From Candidatus Eiseniibacteriota bacterium (GTDB lineage: Bacteria; Eisenbacteria; RBG-16-71-46), in NCBI GenBank assembly GCA_031364845.1, contig JANLWX010000197.1, forward strand, positions 1-19,727: a DNA stretch of 19,727 nt. Reading direction: 5' to 3'. A program made the translations under genes and the position numbers. Under the pieces are notes generated by a model, which was not told the DNA's origin, searched no databases, and saw nothing but the letters and a program-made list of their open reading frames with translations. Below are positions 8,781-17,522 of the stretch, piece after piece. The first letter of the stretch is position 1, and the number at the start of each line of letters is the position of its first letter.

Positions 8781-11700
8781 GTGAGTTCCGTTCACGACCG
8801 ACCTGCTGACCCAGAGCTCCCGGCCTTCGGGCCGGGAGCGGGGGAGACGCTGCCCTCGCACGCTGCGCTGTGGGAGGACCTGCTCGCGCTGGTCGTCGAT
8901 CCCGAACACCCGCATGTCGAGGATCGTGAGCGCAAGCGCCGCGTGCTGTCGTTTCTGCTCGAGCGCGCGGGCATCGATGAAGGCGCGTTCTGGAAGCTCG
9001 GGCGCGGTCAGCGCGGGAGAAGGTTTCTCGCGCGCTGGTCGCGTGCTTCGCGTGAGATCCCGCAGCTCGAGATCACATCGTTCGATCTCGACAAGGTGCT
9101 CAAGGAGCGCTTCCGCGACGATCCGCTGACGGTCGGCGCGGCATGGCATCACGGATACTGGCGCTCGTACTTCTCGCACGCGGCTATCACGCACCCCGCT
9201 AACGAGGGTATACGCGTGGTGTTCTCGACCGCCTGGTAAATCGTGCGCAAACACCCGGGGGTGCTGTTCCGCACCGCCGACGGCCAGACCCAGCTTCCCA
9301 TCCGCTCCGTGCGTCTCGATCTGCCGATGATCGTCGGTCCGCTACCTTACTCGGACGGCGTCACGATGGAGCGGGCCTACATGGCGGCCGCGGCGCACAT
9401 GGCGACGCTCGTTGTTCTCCACGCGCGCGACTTCGCCGCGAATCGCGAAGCGCTGCGTCCCTACGCAGCGCAGATGATGGTGCGTTTCGATCACGCTCAC
9501 ATCGCAGGTCTGCGCGGGGATGGCGTGGCCGCTGAAGCGCTGCGCGAACTCCTCCCGCACAGTGCGATCGCCGAGATCGAGTGGAGCCCGTCGCTCGCGG
9601 CCGACATTCGCGAGTTGCGCGCGTTCTCACCAGAGCTTCTGGTCTCGGTGTTCATGAAGATGAGCGACGGCGAAATGCTCGAGGTTGCGGGCCGCGAGAA
9701 AACCGACTTCTGGAGCGCGCTCGAAGAGGCCGTCCGTCTCGAAAACGTCGCGGTGATCCACTACCACGCGGGGCCCCAGAAGTCGTACCGGCTCACGCCG
9801 CGGATCGATGCCTTCTTGAAAGCGCGCTTCCTGCGCGCGCGCGTCCAGCTTGTCTCCGCCGGCGGAACCACCGACACGAACGCTTCGGCGGCGACGGTCT
9901 ACGAAGCCGTCCTGCTCGGCGCCAACGGCGGTGCGATGACCGACGTGGCCGGCATCGCACTGCGTCCGGAATTGATCGACGTCTATCACGGCGCCGACCC
10001 GGCACCCGTGATCGAGGGCCTCGCTGCCCTCGACCCCGAGGAACTGCGCGAGCTCGCCGAGAACACGCTCGCGTGCTGGCAGCACAGCATTCTCGACTTC
10101 CTCTCGTGCATGGGCATCGACGACATCCAGAAGACCTCGGGCAACACGATGGCGATCACGCTGACCGAGGACTGGATTCGCGAGGTCGATGCGCTCGCCA
10201 CGCCCGAGTTCGGCAACGTGAATGCGGCCCTCAACCGGCGTCGCGTCGAAGCCGAGCCGGTGCCGGGCGCGGTGCGCGAGAAGTATCGCGCGTCGGCGCT
10301 GCTCCAAGAGCGCGTGCCGGATCTGCCGCAGGTTGCCGCCGCAAGAGTGCTCGCGCACGACAACGCGAACTTCCATCTCGAGAATACGAACCGCAATCTG
10401 AGCGCCGACTTCCTCGAAGTCATCTATCGCATGGCGGCGGGCGACCTGCCGCGCGTCGACGATTTCCTGATGGAGAGCGACATGGGTCCGATGTCGCTCG
10501 ATGCGATCGGACTCAAGGTGTCGCGGGAGTCGATCGCGTGGTCGCTCGAACGTCTTGCGCGGGATCCGCGTCTCCTGGACTACGTCTCGCTCGCGGTGCC
10601 GCGTGGCTTCGTCCGGCATGGCGCGGTCGCGCCACGCGCGGCCGTCGAGATCCGCGCGACCGAAGCGGGTCCGGCGCTCGCCGCGTTCACCGCGGATGCG
10701 CGCGGCGGATTCGAGATCGCGCACGGCGCGGACCATCCGCTCGGGGCCGCGATCGAGGGCGACGCGTCCTTGTGGCTCGTCGCGCGCGATGCCGAAGGTG
10801 CCCTGCGAAGCCTGGAGCTGACGGCCTCGGCGCACGGAGGACACGGGCTCTCGGTGGCGCGCGCATCGCAGGATGGAGCGGTCACGCTGCGCCGCCATGC
10901 GCGCGGCGGCGTCACCGTCGCGGGCTTCGGGTTCCGTGAGCCGATCTGGCACGGCCCCGTCGCGCACGCGAGCATCTCACTCGGTGCCGCGTCCGAGGAT
11001 CTGCTGGTCGCGCGCATCGAAGGCAACGCGGGCCTCGCCATGACTTCGTCGGGTGAAGGCGGCCCGATCCGGTTCAGCGGCGACGAGATGGCGTGGGAGA
11101 GTCTGCAGGCCGCGAGCGGACACTTCGGCATTCACGCCGCCGACCTCCGTCGCGTGCGCGACGTCGAGATCAAGATCAATCAGGGTGCCAAGCCCGGCAA
11201 GGGCGGTCGCCTGTCGGGTGCCAAGGTCACGAGCACCGTGAGCAAGGCCCGCAACATTCCGGTCGGCACCGACGCGCTGTCGCCCGATCCCAAGCACGAC
11301 ATCTATTCGATCGAGGACATGCCGGCCGAAGTGTGGCTGTGGCTGCTCTATCACAACCACTGCGGCATCAAGATCACGGGTTCCAACTACACGCGCTTCG
11401 TTGCCGCCGGCATGTGGTCGAACTTCGTCGTCGATTATCTGCTGGTCGATGCCGGTCTCGGTGGCTCGGGCAACTATCACGCGGACAGCTCGCACGTCGG
11501 CTGGCCCGACATCTTCCGCACGATCCTGCACACGCATCACGCGCTGGTGTCGGAGAAGGTCGATCTCGACCGCAAAGGCTCGCTCGAGTCGATCCGCGAT
11601 CTCAACGGTGCCCCGTTCGGCGCCGGCGGCGGCACGCGGCTGCTCGCCTCGGGCGGCCTGCGCGGCGAACTCGACATGCTGAAGGTGATGATCGCGGGCG

Positions 11701-14700
11701 CCGACGCGCTGGTCGAGGCCAGCATCGGCAAGGCGGTGGCGTTCGGCTGCAACCAGTGTGGCAACTGCCACCTCGATTGTCCGCGCGGCGGCATCACCAC
11801 CAAGCCCGAACTGACGATCCAGAACGATCGCGGCCTCATGAAGCAGCGGTTTCGCAACTGGACCGTGATCAACATGGTGAAGCTCGCCGTGATGATCGAT
11901 GCGATCAACCGCGAGAGCGGCGCCCTGGCCGCGGATGGCAGCGTCGCGCATGCCGGCCGCATGATCGACGACATCCGTCTGCTGCGCGGGCGCACCGATC
12001 TGCTCGTGATGCCCCGGCACGAACTTCCTGCGGGCTCGCTGCGCGGCCCGGTGACCGCCGAGATCGCGGTCGCGCACCCGCCTTCCGCGCACGCGCGTGA
12101 CACCCGCGCGGCCGATGCCGCGGGGGCTCCGGCAATGGCCGGCGGCGGAGCCAACGGCAGCACGACGCGATTCGAACCCGAACGCGACTCGTGCCGCGTC
12201 GGCTCGCTCGCGGTATCGGAGCCGGTGACGGTCGATGCGATCTGGGAGTCGGCGCGTCTCTCGTACAACGGCGGCAACAATCGCGGCGGTGGCATCGACT
12301 TCGCGGGCTTCGCACCGGCCGCGGTGGGCGAGAAGACCTGCATCATCGTGAACACGATCGGGCCCGACCGCGCCGACACGATGCGCGAGATGCTCGGCCA
12401 CTTCGGCGGCTGCCGGTTCTTCGACGCCGCGGGCGCCGAACTCACGCTCGAAGCCGCGCGCGCGCGCATGGCGGAGTTCCGCGTCCCCGTCCGCGACACC
12501 TACGACTCCGAAGACGGCTGGCGCCGCGCCGACCTGCGCGAGAACCCCGGCGACTTCTATACGTGGTTCGTCGAACTGCGGCCCGAAGTCCTCGAGCGCT
12601 ACGGGCTGCTGCTGGTGGCGAGCGAGCACTGGCTCCAGCGCCACACGCGCTATGGCGACATCCCCGACGCCACGCTGGCGTGGGCCCTTGCGCATCCCTT
12701 AGAGCAGCTCGCGGATGCGGGCGACGTCACGCGCGACCGGCTCGCGGAGTTCGTCGCGGACGTGCGCGAGGAGTACTTCACCGCCTTCGCGCACATGCTC
12801 GACTCGCGCTTCTACCGCACGCACGCGCCCGCCGGATCCGCGCCGCCCGCGAACAAGTACGCCGCCAAGCGCCGCGGCTTCGTCGTGTCGATGGGCGAGG
12901 ATCTCGGCGCGATCAAGATCTCGGGCTGGACGCACACGATCCCCGAGTACTTCGACTTCGACCGGTTCTGGGCCGGTTATCCCGGCGCGCGCGAAAGCGG
13001 CGGCATCGAGATGACGATCAAAGGCTCAACCGCACGCACGACCGCGCTCCACGCGCATGTGTGGGGCATGCACCACCGTTATCCGACCAACTCGCCCGCG
13101 ATCGATGCCGAGGGTCGCGGCAATCCGGCCGGCGCTCATCCGTTCAAGGCGTACAACGTGTTGCTGATGCACAACGGCGAGCAGGTCGCGGTCGATTCGA
13201 CGTCACCGTTCCTGATGGAATATGGCTTCGTCCATGCCGACCCCTCGATGGGAGATGGACACGCGGACTATCACGGCGACTCGGTCTACGAGCGCAAGGC
13301 GCTCACCGACACCGAATACGCGGCCTACCTGGTCGACTTCACGCGGCGCGTGCTGGGGCTCACGACCGAGGAGGCGAGTCAGATCATCTCGCCGATCACG
13401 GGCTTCGATCTCGCGAGCATGGACGACGATCGCCGCCGCAAGTTCGAGCTGCTGATGCGTAACTACGTCCAGCTCACGCCGACCGGTCCCTACAAGTTCA
13501 CGATCGTGGAGTCGCGCCGCCGCCGCGCGGCGACCGCATCTGGATCGGAACGCGGGCCGCTCGCGCGCGTCGTCGGCTTCCGCGAGAACATGGACATCAA
13601 ATTCCTGCGCCCGCACGAGATCGTCGTGAGCGTCGACACCGCGCGCGGCGGTGTCCATGTGGTCGCGAACGGCAGCGAAGCGAAGATCGCCGACAGCATG
13701 CTGCGCACGCTGCACGCGCAGGGCGTGCTCGCCGAAGCCGGGCACGATCTGCGATTCAACATGCGTCCGGGCGGCGCCCCGCAGCGTCACGACTACGGCG
13801 GCGTGTTCGAGGTGTTCACGGTGCCCGGCAGCGGGACGCTCGACCTGCGCAACCGATTCGGTGAGCCGGTCGAGGTCGAGCGTCGCGGTACGAAGGCGGA
13901 TCTCGCGCGTCCGATCACCACGCTCGCCGACAAGGCCAACGCCGAATGGCGCCACCACGCCGAAACGCGGCTCGCGCAACTCGCGGCCGTGGTCGACGAA
14001 GACGCGCCTGGCCGCGCGCGATATGGGCCCGATGACGAACTGCCCGCTCCCGCGAACGAACTGATCGAAGCCACGCTCGAACGCGCCCGCGCGATGACGT
14101 TCGAGGACTATCGCTGGTTCACCGAGCTCGCGTTGCCGGAGTGGGCGCGCGGCCCGCGCACGCCGTCTGAAACCGCAGATGCGCGCACCGCGGTCGCTTT
14201 GCGCATGCTCGCGCACCTGCGCACGCGGCTCTCGCTCTGCGATCTGGGGGGCAAGGCGCTGTCGAGCATGAACTACCTGACCGACGGCGGCCGTGCGGGC
14301 AACGGCACCGCCGAAGGCGGTGTGTACCGATTGCTCGACCGTGTTCCCGCGCTCCATCACGCGCTCGGCGCCACGACCGAGCTCGCACGCTGGGGCCGGC
14401 TCACGCTCGAAACACGCGATGACCTCGCGGCTCCCGTCGATCCGGCCGGCGACGTGCTGGTGATCGACTTCGCGGGATTCGAGAGCGAGTCGTTCAAGCT
14501 GGACTCCGCCTCGCGCACGGTGAGCGAAGCGGTGCGGATGGGTTGGCGGAATTTCGTGTGCTACGGATTCATCGGCGGCCCGCGCTATGTCGGCACCAAT
14601 CTCGCGAGCCCGGACGGGATCGCGGCCGCCGGTGTGACGATCGAGATGTACGGCCGCGAGTTCGGCGACTTCATCGGCGCACTGTTGGAAGGCGCGCGCA

Positions 14701-15380
14701 TCCACGTGTTCGGACAGGGGCAGAGCCATCTCGGCATGAAGGCCGATTCGGGATATCTGTTCGTGCTGCAGGACATCCTGAACACGGGCATGTACGCCGC
14801 GCACGGCGCGACCGTCAGCGTATGGGACTCGGGCTCGCGCTTCGCGGTCGCGGGGCAGAACAAAGTGTGGCTCGCCGACGGCAAGACCCCCGCACCCGGA
14901 TTCCGCTCGATCCACTTCGGATCGCCGAACGAGTACGCGTTCGAGTATCTGATGTCGGGCGGCGACAACTCCTTCCATGTCGTGATGGGGTTGCGAAAGC
15001 CGGACGCGCGCGGCGAGTTGTCGCTCAGGCCGCGGCCCTACTCGGGCAAGTTCTTCATGTCCGGTGCCGCCGCGGGTCGCGTGTTCGTGTTCGATCCGCT
15101 GGTGCGCCTCGATCCGGCGCAGTATGGCGGCAACGTGCTGTCGTCGATCACGCCGGAAGAGTGGACGCAGGAGCTGGGTCCGATGATCGCAAGCGAAGCG
15201 AAGCGCCGCGGTCTGCCGATCCGCATCGAGGGTGACTCGCTCACCATCAAGCTCGAAGGCGAGTGGCGCCGGTGGCGCTACGACGAGGCGTTCGCGAAAT
15301 TGATACCGGTCAAGATCGCGCGCGCGTCACAGCAGCAGGGTGTGGTACCGCCCGCGCTGGTGCAGATCGTCGGGGAATAG
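8781..15380 (+). CDS. gltB: Giant rearranged glutamate synthase-like protein (degenerate FMN-type barrel + FMN/Fe-S synthase domain + internal class II glutamine amidotransferase + GXGXG domain); one frame interrupted by an in-frame TAA at 9237-9239 (ORF track splits it into 8781-9239 and 9243-15380)
   Basis: Strong SD GAGGAG (8771-8776) before GTG 8781; no SD before 9243. The two ORFs share a frame (offset 462 nt). FMN-domain signature EIKINQGAKPGKGGRLSGAKV...SPDPKHDIYSIED (QGAKPG at 11181), ASGGLR and CNQCGNCHLDCP (11748). GATase-II motifs ERDSCRVG (Cys at 12192), HHRYPTNS (13071), AHPF, HNGE (13170) and TDTE. C-terminal GXGXG/beta-helix-like region GPRYVG...GDFIGALLEGARIHVFGQGQSHLG...EYAFEYLMSGG...MSGAAAGRVFV. 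The symbol denotes family membership, not canonical orthology. Confidence 0.85.
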
Positions 15381-15427
15381 GCGACCACGCGAATGCCCGC
15401 CGTGCAGCGTCCCGAACTCAGCGCACG

Positions 15428-16150
15428 ATGACCGCGCCCGAGATCCTCGAACACACGATCACCACGCCGAACGGCAAGGTGCCCGCGCTGTGGATGCGCC
15501 CGCCGGCCGCACGCGCGGCGCTGGTGCTCGCGCACGGCGCAGGGGCGGGCATGCGGCATTCGTTCATGGAGGCCATCGCCGCGCGCTGCGCGGCCAACGG
15601 TCTCGCGACGCTGCGCTACGAGTTTCCGTACACCGCGGCCGGATCGCGAAGACCCGATCCGCAGCCGGTGCTGCTCGAAACGGTTCGGGCTGCCGTCGCC
15701 GTGGCGCGCGGGCTCGGCGGCGATCTGCCGCTGATCGCGGGCGGGAAGTCGATGGGTGGGCGCATGACCACGCTCGCCGCGGCCGAGGAGCCGCTCAATG
15801 GCGTGCGCGGGATCGTGCTCGTGGGATTTCCGCTGCACGGCGCCGGCCAGATGCCGAACAGCGCGCGCGCCGCGCACCTCGACCAGGTCCAGGTGCCGAT
15901 GCTGTTCCTCCAGGGCACGCGCGACGCGCTCGCCGATCTCGACCTGATGCGCGGGGTTTGCGGCCGGCTCGGCTCCCGCGTCACACTGCATGTCGTCGAG
16001 GGCGCCGACCACAGCTTTCACGTTCCGAAACGCTCCGGCCGCGACGACGCGATGGTGCTGGATGAACTCGCCGTTTCGACCGTGGTATGGATCGAAACGC
16101 TTCAGCTCATCGCCCGCCGCCGCCAGACCCGGGAGGACAAGGCCGAATGA
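15428..16150 (+). CDS. Alpha/beta fold hydrolase (dienelactone hydrolase / KANL3-Tex30-like)
   Basis: LVLAHGAGAGM, nucleophile elbow GGKSMGGR, GFPLH, FLQGTRD (Asp) and EGADHSF (His). ATG at 15428; the ORF-track start at 15263 overlaps the preceding gene. Confidence 0.9.
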   Translation: MTAPEILEHTITTPNGKVPALWMRPPAARAALVLAHGAGAGMRHSFMEAIAARCAANGLATLRYEFPYTAAGSRRPDPQPVLLETVRAAVAVARGLGGDLPLIAGGKSMGGRMTTLAAAEEPLNGVRGIVLVGFPLHGAGQMPNSARAAHLDQVQVPMLFLQGTRDALADLDLMRGVCGRLGSRVTLHVVEGADHSFHVPKRSGRDDAMVLDELAVSTVVWIETLQLIARRRQTREDKAE

Positions 16151-16845
16151 AGTTCCACATCGGGACCAGCGGTTACTCGTACGCCGAGTGGAAGGGCAAG
16201 TTCTACCCGGAAAAGATCAAGCCCGCCGACATGCTGCCTTACTACGCGACCCAATTCGGCGCGGTCGAGATCAACTACACGTTCTATCGCATGCCGAAGC
16301 CCGAAATGGTCCAGAGCTGGACCGCCCGCGTTCCGCCCGGGTTCCAGTTCGTGCTCAAGGCGCCGCGGCGTGTGACGCACGACCGGCGACTGGCCGATGT
16401 CGGCGAAGTCCTCGGATATTTTCTCAACGCGGCGATGACGCTCGGAGACCATCGCGGACCGCTGCTGTTCCAGCTTCCGCCCAATTTCAAGCGTGATGAC
16501 GCGCGCCTCGCGGACTTCCTGGTACAACTGCCGGCCACAGTCCGTGCCGCGTTCGAGTTTCGCAACGCCTCATGGTTCGACGATACGGTGTTCACGCTGC
16601 TGAAGACCCACCAGGCCGCGCTCTGCATCGCGGACACCGAGGACGGACTCGACACGCCGTTCGTCGCGACCGCGCGGTGGGGATACTTCCGGCTGCGCGA
16701 TGTCGACTACGCCGACGGCGAGCTGGAGGCGTGGATCGCCCGCGCGCGTGAACCGGAGTGGAGCGAGGCGTTCGTGTTCTTCAAGCACGAGGACGAAGCG
16801 CGCGGTCCGGAGTTCGCGCGGCGCTTCTCGGAACTCGCGGTCTGA
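16147..16845 (+). CDS. DUF72 (YecE-like) family protein
   Basis: IGTSGYSYAEWKGKFYP, AVEINYTFYRMP, FVLKAPRRVTH, LLFQLPPNF, EFRNASWF, YFRLR and VFFKHEDEARGP. ATGA overlap with the upstream stop and SD GGAGGA at 16132-16137. Confidence 0.93.
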   Translation: MKFHIGTSGYSYAEWKGKFYPEKIKPADMLPYYATQFGAVEINYTFYRMPKPEMVQSWTARVPPGFQFVLKAPRRVTHDRRLADVGEVLGYFLNAAMTLGDHRGPLLFQLPPNFKRDDARLADFLVQLPATVRAAFEFRNASWFDDTVFTLLKTHQAALCIADTEDGLDTPFVATARWGYFRLRDVDYADGELEAWIARAREPEWSEAFVFFKHEDEARGPEFARRFSELAV

Positions 16846-16863
16846 TCCAGGGCGCTCGGCCCG

Positions 16864-16885
16864 GATGCTCCGCATCGCCTATACT
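16864..16885 (+). promoter_or_regulatory. Putative -10 element (TATACT) with an adjacent short palindrome upstream of the outer-membrane protein gene
   Basis: TATACT at 16880-16885 in a GC-rich intergenic region. GATGC-tcc-GCATC inverted repeat at 16864-16876. No clear -35 element. Confidence 0.3.
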
Positions 16886-16931
16886 GCCCGACCACTAGAC
16901 CCCAAGAGCCACGACCGACCTGGGAGCTGAC

Positions 16932-17513
16932 ATGACGAACCGAGTACTCCCGCGACACGTGGCGGGACTGGCCGCCGGAATCGTTCTGATGTGCGGTACG
17001 GCGATGGTGCTGATCGCGCCGCGCGCGCGCGCTCAGGATCCGGAGTTCCGCAGCAACGTGTCGATCGCCGGAGGTCCGATCTTTCCTGTCGGCGCCCGGC
17101 CTCCGTTCGACGAACTCGGCAGCACCTATATGGCCGCGATCTCGGTGGGCGACGATTTCTCGACCGTCGGCTTTGCGCTCGGCTATTCGGTGTTCGGCGC
17201 AAGCCCGCTCGCGGACCGCGGGACGAGCGTCTCGCAGTTCGAGCTGCGCGCCGACTGCGTGCCGTTCTCTCCCGACACATGGTCACCGTATCTGCGCCTG
17301 GGCGCCGGCGCGTACAACGTCGACCTCGACCGGTCGATCAAGGACAGCACCTCGCGCCGGGTCGGAATCGCGACCGGGGTCGGTGTGCGGTGGGCGCCGC
17401 GGTGGCACACGGCGATGACGCTGGTCGCCTCGTATCACAACGTGCCGTCGCGCGGAACCTCGACGCGGCAGTGGATCGGCCTCACCCTCGAGCTGCTGCG
17501 CTGGATGGACTGA
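16932..17513 (+). CDS. Small outer-membrane beta-barrel (OmpA/OmpW-like) protein with a signal peptide
   Basis: Signal peptide ending APRARA-Q. Amphipathic beta-strand segments 'WSPYLRLGAGAYNV', 'VGIATGVGVRW', 'LVASYHNV' and 'QWIGLTLELL'. GGGAG SD upstream of ATG 16932. Confidence 0.7.
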   Translation: MTNRVLPRHVAGLAAGIVLMCGTAMVLIAPRARAQDPEFRSNVSIAGGPIFPVGARPPFDELGSTYMAAISVGDDFSTVGFALGYSVFGASPLADRGTSVSQFELRADCVPFSPDTWSPYLRLGAGAYNVDLDRSIKDSTSRRVGIATGVGVRWAPRWHTAMTLVASYHNVPSRGTSTRQWIGLTLELLRWMD

Positions 17514-17522
17514 AGCCGGTCC

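Noticed and set aside
9237..9239. Selenocysteine or pyrrolysine recoding of the internal stop
   Set aside because: The codon is TAA, not TGA or TAG. Other genes in the window end normally at TGA and TAG.
12192..13900. Intein starting at the internal Cys
   Set aside because: The downstream sequence carries GATase-II motifs (HxRYPT, AHPF, HNGE, TDTE). I saw no intein block or C-terminal His-Asn/nucleophile junction.
6356..14978. Long antisense and alternate-frame ORFs (e.g. 6356-7921, 9627-10967, 10977-12695, 13203-14978; similarly 17553-19136)
   Set aside because: These are shadow ORFs expected from high-GC codon bias opposite well-supported genes. They are Arg/Ala-rich and show no recognisable motifs.
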